From: the human T2T-CHM13v2.0 reference genome, Homo sapiens
Length of the DNA stretch: 64,000 nucleotides
Direction: 5' to 3' (one strand)
Assembly: GCF_009914755.1 (NCBI RefSeq)
Contig: NC_060934.1
Numbering within the stretch: position 1 is the stretch's first letter; the number at the start of each line of letters is the position of its first letter. Below are positions 1 to 15,193 of the stretch, piece by piece. The position numbers and the translations under genes were made by a program. The notes under the pieces were generated by a model that did not search any database, had not been told where the DNA came from, and worked only from the letters and a program-made list of their open reading frames with translations.

Positions 1-1327
1 AAATGCTCAAAGGCAACTATTGTAAAACAGGACCATTTGCCCAACATTCTAATACACAAGTAGAACCCATATTGCTAAATAAAAACATACCTTAAAGGAA
101 ATTGAAAACAAACTATCAGGGCCATCTATCAGCAAACATGTTGGTAATATTTCATTTTCAATAGGCTGGTAAGTCTCCTGGTAAGTCTTCTAGTCTTGAT
201 AAAGTGTACACAGTCTTAAACCAGGAACATATTACATATCAACACCCCACCCGATTATCCATTCATGGCTTACTACACCTGCCCAGAATTGTCTAGTCTC
301 AGGTTAATGTGCTCCTGAATCAAGGACTTATCCCTCCTTCATCATCCTTCGTCACTTTTTCCCCAATCTGAACCCTTATTAAACAAAGTATGAGTTATGC
401 CATCTGCTAAAATATAACCTAGCCAGAGAAAATTAAAAATGTTTTTCAAGTTTAGTCCTCTTCAAAAAGTAGCAAGCTAAGATGATTAAATGTGTAGTCT
501 CATTTTTAAAAAAGCTGTTAAGACTTACACATTAGCTTTATTTTTGTGAGCAAAAGCAATCGTACAAACCCAATATGGAACAACTCAATTCTTAACTTGT
601 AACCAGTAAAGTGAACTGAATGTGAAAACCTGAAATTTATACAATAATTCTCAGAACATGCACAGTTGCATATGGCTACGTATTTCATGCTTTATTTTGT
701 CTAGATGGTTTCAGACTTCTCTTTGCTGGTATACCAAAACGTAAGGAAGAAAGATAAAGGACCAGGAAAAAAAATTACACTTGGGCAAGTTATGGTATCT
801 GCTGATTTTATACAGCAAAATCTGGTTTACCTTAACAATGCTGTAATTCTATAGCACCATGACAACCAGGCTTTTTGCAAAACTCTTGTCAGTTCCCAAG
901 AAGGAAGGAAAGTGAAAAGAGGAGACCCACGGGCAAGCTAAGCCTCGCTGGAAGATCAACAACTGGACAGCTCACTCCTGAGATTCCTTTCCAGCATACA
1001 GTCGCCCTGGCTTTCCTCAAACGCTATCCAAAAGCACTTCAGTTTGATTCATGTTTGCAAACTTTCCAAGCTGACTCCAAGACGTTATTAGATGTGGATC
1101 ACTCCCAGAGGAACATCTCAGAGAAACAATGGTTAGTGAATTCTTTAAAGTGCAATAAATTGGAACAGACAAAATTCGGCATATGTATTTTGAGTTGGAA
1201 AGTTAAGGAAATAATTTATTGAACATACTTCTTTTGTCCGCTGTTACTCTGATATTCTTGTTTAAAAACCAAGCCATCAAAGTTATGTAGATCATGTCTC
1301 TCTCTTCCCCCAAACAAAAGCTTAATT

Positions 1328-2791
<1,464 letters not shown>

Positions 2792-3398
2792 AATTACGAG
2801 AATATTTAATTACTAAACATAGTAGAATACACATTTAAGCAAAACCCTCATTTGGACCACTTAAGAGTGAAGGCTTACAAAAACTAGTAAAAGTCTAAAG
2901 GAAATAGGTTTTGCATCTTTCCAATACGTAATAAAATTGCAAAGTCAATGTTTATAATGTATTAAGTAGAAGCTCAAATGCTTTTAATAGGGAAAATTTA
3001 ATTTGGACATACTAGTAAAGTATCTAAAACATTTATTAAATTATTTTTGTCAAGTATCATCTTTACTCATAGATACTACCAAAGAGCAACCTAGACAGTA
3101 AAATTAGTTCCCGTATCTGAGGACTCCAAATTAATAAATTTTAATATATTAATATTAAACAGAGCATGCATTTTTAGAAGGATGCAAATTTCTACTCCTT
3201 CATATCCAGAGATTAAATTCAGCAAAGCTAATGGACTTGTTAACACTTACACAGAACATGGAAATAGGTCCTGACTACATACATACTCCACATAACTACT
3301 GAAAACTTAAAACCCAGTTGCTTATTTCATGGCAACCTGGTAGAATAATTATGTAATAAACGACAATAAGAAAAAGCCACTTATCATATAGTCTAGTC

Positions 3399-3404
3399 TT
3401 TATT
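3399..3404 (-). terminator. TIAL1: Candidate far-distal poly(A) signal
   Basis: AATAAA followed ~20 nt later by GU/U-rich gtggctttttcttattgtcgttt on the minus strand. Confidence 0.55.
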
Positions 3405-3763
3405 GAAAGACTTACTTCAACTGTTGTTTACAGCTTTGGCTTAAGTTGGCCATTTTAGCCTCTCACTGCCAGCAGACATAAAAATCAAGTGGGAATGGCA
3501 CGGGGGTTGGGAGTGAAAATACTAGTAGAGAAATTATGAGAACAAAGAATATGGCAGTCAGTCAGAAACACATCACCAAAATAAATCTCAAAATAATTAT
3601 GAAATAAAAAACATTTCCTTGCATGCCCAAAAAGTCTCTGCTGATGTTTTTGATGAACGGGGTGGGGAGCAACGATTCTTAGGCTTAAGTTGGATCAAGA
3701 TAGCATTGGGTCATGTTATAAAATCATCTGTTAGCTCAACAGCCATACTTTTAATTAATTCAT

Positions 3764-4959
<1,196 letters not shown>

Positions 4960-5075
4960 CACTTAATATGAAATAACTTCCATTAACTGATCATGAAATT
5001 TTGCCCTCTTTCAGATTAAGATGAAGGACACTTCAGTCACATGTTTACTGTGGCAATATAACTAGTCTGGATAAT

Positions 5076-5081
5076 TTTATT
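5076..5081 (-). terminator. TIAL1: Distal poly(A) signal AATAAA (another at 5277-5272)
   Basis: TTTATT on +, at the end of the repeat-free UTR block. Confidence 0.7.
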
Positions 5082-6996
5082 AAATCATAGAATATACAGT
5101 CAGGAAACACTACAGCTATATTTAGCTGTTAGTTATCTCAATAAGCTACTTAATTTACTGGCAGACCAAAACAGGCATACTAAGCATTTTTATCAATTAA
5201 AAAAAGTCTTCAGTTGTTCAAGTTTCACATATACTCATAAAATTTTTAACTCGGGGGCACAGTTAACATAATTTATTGAGTGTTCTCCCTATAAAATATA
5301 AATTAACTTTTCCAAAAACATTCCTCAAAGATACTATAAACAAAAGAAATAAGGGTATATTTTATAACAGAAGAGTGTAATAGATGACCATTATGGTAAA
5401 ACTAAGGTGCCATAAAAAATTTGGCCCAGCTATGAATTTCAGACCCTATGAATTTTTATGTTGAATACATTTGGCTATATTGCTAAGTGGGAAAAGGAGG
5501 AAAGTAATACCAAAATTATTGTGACCACCAATTTATAAAATCATTATTTTAAAGCTAATCGTAAAACTTCAAATGTTTAGAAAACAGTAATTTGTGGGTA
5601 CTAATCGCATCTTACTATGTAACTGTAAAAGGCTATTTTCTCTTTGGTGCCCAGGCCAGCATTTTGAATACATTGCCAAAACATTTGCACTCCCTAGCTC
5701 TGACAATTCAAATACATAGGATTTTATCTATTTTACATTCCTGTTTGATAGAAATTTGAGGCAAATTTTACCCACACAGCCTGAAAAATACCTTGAAAGC
5801 AAACCTCGGTCTTCTGCATCTTCCAATTGATTCCTTTACAAACTCTGCACACATACAACTTAAGCCTCTGCTCAGGCTTATTATACCATGCACACTGCCC
5901 ACAAGGAAAAAAATTAATTGAAAATAAAAGCCACAACTCTGTGTACTATTTAAACTGAATATCCAATTATAAATTGGTACATTGAAGTGTCTAAATAAGA
6001 TGTTTTTAGCAATCTTGTTAAAAAAATTCTTGGGCAAAATATATCTTAATTTTTAAAAACACCCCAAGATTTTTAAAAAACACTTGTACTATACAACTTA
6101 TAGTAACCTTGAAATTGGTTTACAAGGTTTTAATCAAGGTATTTACATACCAAGTAATGTAAAGCAAAAAAAAAAAAAAAAAAAAAACAAAAACAAAAAA
6201 CTAATTCCCAATGACATTTTAGAACATACTAATGCATCAAAGATTGTATGAAATTAAAATTAAGGCTTTTTCTGCACAATTTGTGTAATTTTAATTTTAC
6301 ATAGTAGCCAACCTTGGAAATGTCAGTCTTAACATTCTGATCAATCCACTGCATTCAATGCAGCGGAGTGTGTTAAGTGTTACTTCAAATAATTACATTG
6401 CTGCTACTTCTATGTTGAAGCATGCTTTTTAAACACTGTAGTTATTGAATATTTACAATATGTATCATTTAAACTTCATGTAAAAGCACAAGTATGACTG
6501 TCTGACTTCAATACAAACACCATACTTGGATTTCCCCCCAAAATGAAATGTAAAATACTACAATTTTAATAATCGACACTTTTGGAAGTTTTAAAAATAT
6601 GTCTTAACGTGGACCACCAACATTTGCTCAAGTAACTCAAACAATGCTGTTCCTTTTTTAGGGTGCAAAACTTCAGTCTGGCTTCAGTTTCTTTAGGCAT
6701 AGAGAAAGAAAATATTTCCTCCAAAGCGACTCCAAAATCACGCATTTCTTCTGAATATCACACTTTTTCTCTGCTGACTTCAAATGTGGTCCACCTCAGG
6801 GAAGGGGAGGGGAGTATCAGGATTCAGGATGAACTTATATGTGATTCCCAGGTTTTCACGATCCTCCCTTTTTTGCTCTTTTAAAAACACAGTGAGTTAA
6901 AATACTGAACAGCAAGATAAAAATGGAATAGTATCTAAGAATCAAAATGTATTAGCCATTTTTCCTATTATATCAAAATTTGTAGTCAGAATTGTC

Positions 6997-7011
6997 TTTA
7001 TTGACTTTATT
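6997..7011 (-). terminator. TIAL1: Proximal poly(A) signals (two AATAAA)
   Basis: TTTATT on + at 6997-7002 and 7006-7011, ~240 nt after the stop. Confidence 0.75.
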
Positions 7012-7244
7012 TTAGTTTTTGTACATAAAGAAAAATCATGTTCATATCCATCATGAACAAAAACTTAAAAAGGCAGAACTAGAAGACACGTGTCCTTCAC
7101 CAAAGCAAATCTGTGCTAAAGGTTCCAAACATTTCAATTTTTAAAATAAATATTTTCATTTTCCGATGTCTACTTTCATGTCTTCAGAGTGTCACAGGAA
7201 ATCGAAGCCTATCATGAATTACAATTTTTTTTTAGAGTCCCGGC

Positions 7245-7371
7245 TCACTGTGTTTGGTAACTTGCCATACCATATCCGGCTTGGTTAGGAGGAGGTATTA
7301 CAGGGGGAGGAGCTTGTCCTTGGGGAGGCTGAGCACCAAATCCACCCATCCAAGCAGCAGAAGGTGATTGA
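7245..7371 (-). CDS. TIAL1: TIAL1 exon 12 coding part (DQSPSAAWMGGFGAQPPQGQAPPPVIPPPNQAGYGMASYQTQ*)
   Basis: cttccaag|T acceptor, TGA at 7247-7245; all 12 exons sum to 1128 nt = 375 aa + stop. Confidence 0.98.
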
Positions 7372-8190
7372 CTTGGAAGAAAAAGAAAAAATCTTCAGCA
7401 AACACAAGAAAAAAAAAATCACATATGTATTTACACAAAAATCAAGCAGAGCCTAATCACAGAATAGAAAACCAGAAATCAACACACCTACAACAAATAG
7501 AAAGATCAAAGAAATAAATGATATATGTGTAGAATACATATTCCAGTATTAGTCTTTGATATTTTTAAGATAACCACAACTTAACACACTGATGTCTGAG
7601 GAGTATCTGCAAACTAATTTTTTAAAAATTGTGAATGATTCAACACATCATCTATTACATAAGAAATTTTAAAAACAAGTTCATGTTGGAAACAGTCTCA
7701 AAGGAAGAAATCTGAAAATAAAGCTATGGGCTGGCCCTGGGCAGGGGAATTACAAAGGAGGAAACCACTCTATCAACAAAAGAAAAAAAAAAAAAAAAAA
7801 GGCCAGTTACTTTGTATCACACAAACCTCAGATTTCTCACACATACCACATAGGCATAAAACCATCAAACTTTTGAATATATCTGGACAAAGATCTTTTA
7901 CATGCAAAAATAAATAAAAGTGTATCAGAAATGTAAATCAAATTCTACCAACTGCTTACAGGGATCATAGGACACACTAAATGTTACCCCAATCCCCCCT
8001 TTCCACCTAGGTAATGAGAAGTAATTTCTTAGCCTCATAAATCATATTTTGTTAGATTAGTTTCTATAATGCTCATAATGCCAAATAGCTCAATGTATAT
8101 AATTAAAATAGATTCTCCCTAGGAAAACACACTTTTATTTATTTTGTCAGAACCATACGTTTCTATACTGGAAAAACCCAAACAACTTAC

Positions 8191-8330
8191 TCTACTCCAA
8201 ATCCTTGTTGATTCCATGGTTGCCCGTATACTCCATAAGGCGGTACTTGCCACCCATTTGCCATATACTGTCCATACTGTTGTGGGTTTCCATACACTTG
8301 GCTCCATTGGCCCCATTGACTATAGTCAAC
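8191..8330 (-). CDS. TIAL1: TIAL1 exon 11 (VDYSQWGQW...WNQQGFGV), Q/Y/W-rich prion-like domain
   Basis: ttttcctag|GTT acceptor, GA|gtaagt donor, 140 nt. Confidence 0.98.
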
Positions 8331-8426
8331 CTAGGAAAAAGCAAAGTATTGTTTTAGGGAACACATAAGAAACACCGTATATGAAGAAAGAGTGGGAGAC
8401 AAGGAAGAGAAAAACTAAGTAAGCAC

Positions 8427-8485
8427 CCTTATGTGAATAGGACTCTGTTATTTATCATTGTCTAAGTTTATTGGGGTGGTGACAC
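8427..8485 (-). other. TIAL1: TIAL1 alternative exon in intron 10 (59 nt; VSPPQ*), poison cassette or terminal exon
   Basis: ctttcttttcacag|GTG acceptor, TAA overlapping AATAAA, weak AGG|gtgctt donor plus pyrimidine/U tract. Confidence 0.7.
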
Positions 8486-8659
8486 CTGTGAAAAGAAAGT
8501 ATTAAGATTCAGTTAATACCGCAAATAATCAATTTTGAAATACAATCAACTGAAAGTAGCTATATGCTTTATTTTATTGTTCATTTTACAGAGTTTCCAA
8601 AGCTTTTATGTGACATGTAAGATGGAAACCTTAAAGAATGCTATGAAAAATCGAATTAC

Positions 8660-8783
8660 CTGTTGGAAGTTTTTAGTCATATCAGGAGATTCTTTACCCC
8701 AATAGCATTTAACCACATGTCCTTCAATCGTAGTACCGTTCACCGAAACAATGGCATGGGCTGCACTTTCATGGGTTGAAAAT
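8660..8783 (-). CDS. TIAL1: TIAL1 exon 10 ([41 protein letters not shown])
   Basis: ttcttag|AT acceptor, CAG|gtaatt donor, 124 nt. Confidence 0.98.
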
Positions 8784-9030
8784 CTAAGAAAGAAAAATGA
8801 TATGGTTTTGTCTTTTATTTTTTAAGAACCTAACACAATAAATAACATGGAAACTCATCAGTTTACACCTGCAAGTTGGTATTTTTTTTCTAAAGTACAT
8901 TAGGTAGGTAGCTTAAACTTCTATACTGCAAAGAAGCACTAAAATAACAAACACTGATACCCTGGAGAACATAAGTGAAAGGAATGAATCAAATATAAGA
9001 GTAATAATGATATTTCAAGTAGAGTGTTAC

Positions 9031-9115
9031 CTGACAAATGAATAGCCCTTTTCTGGGAAAACTCTTATTTCCATAATTTGTCCAAATGGTGAGAATGTCT
9101 GTCTCATAAGCTGAT
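9031..9115 (-). CDS. TIAL1: TIAL1 exon 9 ([29 protein letters not shown])
   Basis: tttatag|AT acceptor, AG|gtaaca donor, 85 nt. Confidence 0.98.
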
Positions 9116-9220
9116 CTATAAAACAAAACATACAAATAAAACATGGCTGATGTGTATCATGAAATTCATATGAACAGTGATGAAGCTCCTCAGAGGTGAT
9201 TAGAAAACCAAACATTGTAC

Positions 9221-9316
9221 CTGTTAACCCAGACGCAATTCCTCCACAGTACACAGTACAATTTTTTGGACTTGACTGGTTTACTACATCTTCAAATCTC
9301 AACTGCTTAGTGTTGT
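9221..9316 (-). CDS. TIAL1: TIAL1 exon 8 ([32 protein letters not shown]), RRM3 start
   Basis: tacag|AC acceptor, G|gtacaa donor, 96 nt. Confidence 0.98.
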
Positions 9317-9407
9317 CTGTATGCAGAAACAAAACAAAAACGTTGACTGTTATATTGTACTATGAAACTCTTCTGTTAATTACTATATACTATTAAGATA
9401 TGCCTCA

Positions 9408-10945
<1,538 letters not shown>

Positions 10946-11483
10946 TTGATTTAAGTTATTGAAACTGCTTTAAAATCAAAGCCCACTTTATTATTTAATG
11001 TTACAGTTAATGCAAATGCTTACTTTGGTACCCCTTTTACAAAGAATATATGCAAAAATCAAGATGAATTGCTTAAATTTTTATTTACATAATTTGTTGT
11101 AGTCATTCACATCCCAGTTATATAAGAGTATGAATAATAATTTAAAAGGTAGAGTTAAAACTGAGATTTTCATGGTTAAAACTGAATATAATTTACCTAA
11201 CCTCTAAATTCTCAGATTAGCTCATCTGTCCTAGACTTGGGCTTTACTTCTAAATCCATCTGACCTTTACCAATGTACAAACACAATTTTAATAATCTTC
11301 CTTATAGTATAATCATTCTTTTTCTAGCTATTTATTTTCGAGTTTATGAAAGAGGAATGAAATTATACTCTATTATTAAAACATACATAACATTACATAA
11401 AAGTTGTGTTTGTAGTTAACATTCAAGTATATTCAAGTTTCAGATTCAATACATTAAGTAACTAATGACTAAATTTAGTATTA

Positions 11484-11633
<150 letters not shown>

Positions 11634-12049
11634 TCAAAATAAAAACTAAAAGGAACCACACACACTGTATTGTGAGCATTTTTAAAATAAAATTCCAGTT
11701 AGCCCTAATTAACTACAACCATTCCTGAACTCTCCCTAATGCTTCTTTACCTGTTAGAAAAAAGCAGTAGGACAAAAACATGTAATAAACATGCAACCTA
11801 ATCAAATAGCCTGTGCTTTCTAAACTAAATGCTCAAATTTGAAGATTAATAGGAACAACAGTTTCCCTTTCTAATATTCTATTTACTAGTGTCCTCTAAG
11901 GTTTACTGATTCTATAAATTACTGTAACAATACTAACTACTTTACCATGCAATCTCTAAATAGTTAAATGTCTTCTGCCTAGTGATACAAAATATATGAA
12001 ATATTAAAAAATTGAAAAAGAGGAAAAAATAGGAATTAAAAAGGCATAC

Positions 12050-12117
12050 ATGGCCTGTTAACAGATTTCTTTATTTTTCTTGGTCAATTCTCTACCATCA
12101 TTTTGGAGTTTGGGCAG
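12050..12117 (-). other. TIAL1: TIAL1 poison cassette exon B in intron 5 (68 nt, in-frame TGA)
   Basis: aatttacag|CTG acceptor, CAT|gtatgc donor followed by a long U-rich tract; reads (S)CPNSKMMVEN*. Confidence 0.75.
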
Positions 12118-12356
12118 CTGTAAATTTTGAAAAATTGACATTTTCAGAAATTTAAGAAAGGAGAATAAAAAACTAACAACAATGCTAAGCACACCAGTAC
12201 GAAAACAACAAATTTACACAGAAATTTTAGTGAGTAAGTTAAATGATTGGAAATATAGAACTCCACTGAATATAGAATGTTAAAATGTAAATACTAAAAT
12301 ATGTATATATAAATAATGTATAATAAGAATAAATAGAAATGAGAAAAAAAATCTAC

Positions 12357-12425
12357 AACTGAGTTCCAGTGTGCACAGTTCCTTGCAGTTAGCCTTCAAG
12401 ATCCTGTCCATTCTTATGAGCAATT
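12357..12425 (-). other. TIAL1: TIAL1 poison cassette exon A in intron 5 (69 nt, in-frame TAA)
   Basis: ttattttgcag|AATTG acceptor, weak GTT|gtagat donor followed by a U-tract; reads (S)IAHKNGQDLEG*. Confidence 0.8.
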
Positions 12426-13499
12426 CTGCAAAATAACCAGAATGCTATTACTTTTAATTGTGACTTGGACTTAAGAAAAACTGCAGGTCTCAGGTATAAA
12501 TAAAGATTGAAAAACAGCAACCTGTATTATTTTTATATTGATTTTTAAAATAGTACTACTTACCACATTTAGATTAAAAAGCAAAGCAAATATCAAAACA
12601 GAAAGTTAAGAATTACATCTTTTAAAGAAATTAAATCTATAGAACAACAAATTGTATAGAGAAAATATTGTTGTTCTTAGTTGAAACACTTTCCTGTAAA
12701 GTAGTACTAAGATGTTTAATTTAAATCTACAGGAAATATACAAAATAAACTGATTTTAATCAGAAAGATAAATTATGATAAACATTTTCTACAATTCATA
12801 ACCATTTTTAGTTTTCCAATATATTTTTTACCAAGTAACAACAGTAAAATCTGAGCATAAATTTGTTAAAAATCAAACCACATTTGCCTCTTAACTAGTA
12901 GAATCAAATATCACTAACAAAAACATCTAATTAATCCCACATTTATGACTCATACATTGAAACATTTTAATAGTATAATAGTACTTTTCACTTATAGCTA
13001 AAATATCAAAAACACATTTATCATAATAAAACATGAACATTTCCAATTTAATCACAATATATCCAAGGATTTACCTACTCTCCCCCATTTATAAATTCCT
13101 CCTATAAAAGTTATTGAACTCTTACACAGTATAGATCACATTTACTTTTGATTAACTCATTATCCTAAACCATCAAATTTTGAAAACATATGACAAAAAG
13201 CTAGACTTTATAAGTTTTACCATTCAAACATCTGCTTCAAAGATAACAAACAGAATCACTTAAATTTTTTTTAACATATTATACACAGGATTAGATGAAA
13301 ACGAGACCCCAAGACACTGAAATGACATTAACATTTTCAACAACATCCACTACTCAAAACAAACCAAAATAAATAAATGAAAAATAAGAAACAAAACAAA
13401 ACCATACTAACTAGAGAAAGAAAATCTTAATTCAATTACAAGTTAATCATATACAATTCTGCCTATCATGACTGAGTGTAGTACTGATTATGATACTTA

Positions 13500-13610
<111 letters not shown>

Positions 13611-13747
13611 TCAAATACTTAAGAAGTCAGCCACTAAAACCTTTTTAAGGCAACTCTAGAGGAGGAAAAAAAAACCTATTTAAGCTGGTAATGCCTCCTG
13701 GATAATTTCAGAACTCTTCCACAGTAAAATGCAGCAGGAGTACTTAC

Positions 13748-13802
13748 TGGAAGTATCTTTTTTCTGGCTACTTGGTGTGGTTGCCCAGTTTACTTTGACC
13801 TC
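13748..13802 (-). CDS. TIAL1: TIAL1 exon 4 (EVKVNWATTPSSQKKDTS)
   Basis: ttttag|GAG acceptor, A|gtaagt donor, 55 nt. Confidence 0.98.
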
Positions 13803-14037
13803 CTAAAAATAAAGATTATATTTAATAAAATTATTAGGCATGTCATGAGTTACAACACTTACCACTTATTAAATCATTTATCAAGCAGGGTTATTTTTGT
13901 AAAAGCACTAAGCTGAATAAAGCAAAACCATCACTCAGCAGCCGAATATCTGCTCAAAAATTTGCCTAGAAAGAATACAAACTAGTTTGACATGCAAATA
14001 TATGTACTCATAAGGTGCCATCATCCTATTATCTTAC

Positions 14038-14136
14038 CTTTCCCAAAATTTTTCTCCCATTCATAGCAGCTAATGCAGCAGCTGCATCTCTGTGTTCATA
14101 AAATTCCACAAAGCAATATGGGTCATTGCTTGTATG
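14038..14136 (-). CDS. TIAL1: TIAL1 exon 3, short form ([33 protein letters not shown])
   Basis: ttttgcag|CAT acceptor, AAG|gtaaga donor, 99 nt; contained in ORF 14029..14271. Confidence 0.98.
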
Positions 14137-14187
14137 CTGCAAAACAGAAAATCCAACAGAAGAGTTGACCCTTCTGCTATCGGGTTG
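14137..14187 (-). CDS. TIAL1: TIAL1 exon 3 alternative 3' splice-site extension, +17 aa ([17 protein letters not shown]), long 392-aa isoform
   Basis: upstream acceptor ttcttctcag|CAA 51 nt before the short acceptor, in frame; known TIAR long/short isoform difference. Confidence 0.93.
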
Positions 14188-15193
14188 CTGAGAAGAAAAT
14201 CCAGGAAAAAACATTACTGATAGCTGGGAATATACAAGGTGAGACTGCATAAGCTTATGAAAGCCTAACACTTTTTAAATAAGATTTAAAGCTAAACCTG
14301 ACTTTGCACCTCAGAATACTGCTGAACTCAAACGGAACTATAAAAGCAGTTGTAGAATCATGAGCATCAGTATTAAATGAAAATAAAGAATTCTGGTGAA
14401 GTGTGTTAAATATAAAATAGAAGATTATATTAAACCAAACAAAACCTCAAACTCAGATCTGATGAGGACCACTCCTTACCACTACTTTCCTTCTCCAATA
14501 TTATTTTTAAATTACGTTCTACTTATGCATCATAATCCTCTATAAGTGGTATCCCAGGATACAGAAATACAGCAAGAACCAACTTCATAAACTACTGATC
14601 AAAATTAGGATCAATACTACAAATGATGGAATTCTATGCTGCTACAAAGACTGAATTTTATTGATTTCTTTTCTGGATATGGAAAGAATGAAAATAAAAA
14701 CAAGAAAACTTAAGCTTTATAACCAGCTACTGAAATGAATTCCCTACCTTCCAAAATAGTCTAATGTACTGAAGATTCTATATACTTTGAATTTGGTCTT
14801 CCAAAGATCAGAGAAATAACAGTGGTGATCAAGAAAAGAGGTTCTGAAAATGTATCTGAATAAAATATTCCAAGACAAAGCTATAAGTTTACATCATAAG
14901 AACACCATATAAAAAATCTATATTAAATATATTCTGCAACCCTGTGCTTGACAGTAGTTACCTAAAACACATTTATAAAGATGTGAAGAAAGTAGTACTA
15001 CCTAAGCTATAGCAACATTCTCACCTGACAACCAAACTAGAAATGAATTTCTATGAAACTGCAACCTGTACTGAATAGCTGCACAACTGTACAAATACAT
15101 ATTTTTATGTAAGGCTAAAAACATTCATCATTATTCAATGTAAAATGCCCTATAAGAATAATATTTAAAATGTGGAATTCTAGTTGGACTTAC

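Larger units (their letters stand above)
5050..7244 (-). other. TIAL1: TIAL1 3'UTR (long form; end approximate)
   Basis: AU-rich, repeat-free sequence after the stop, ending shortly after AATAAA at 5081-5076. Confidence 0.8.

Noticed and set aside
875-1222. 115-aa ORF on +
   Set aside because: Non-ATG start, no recognisable homology or splice context
6385-6406. UAGCAGCAAUGUAAUUAUUUGA on the mRNA strand resembles miR-15/16 mature sequence
   Set aside because: No flanking complementary arm for a precursor seen, and wrong polarity for a target site
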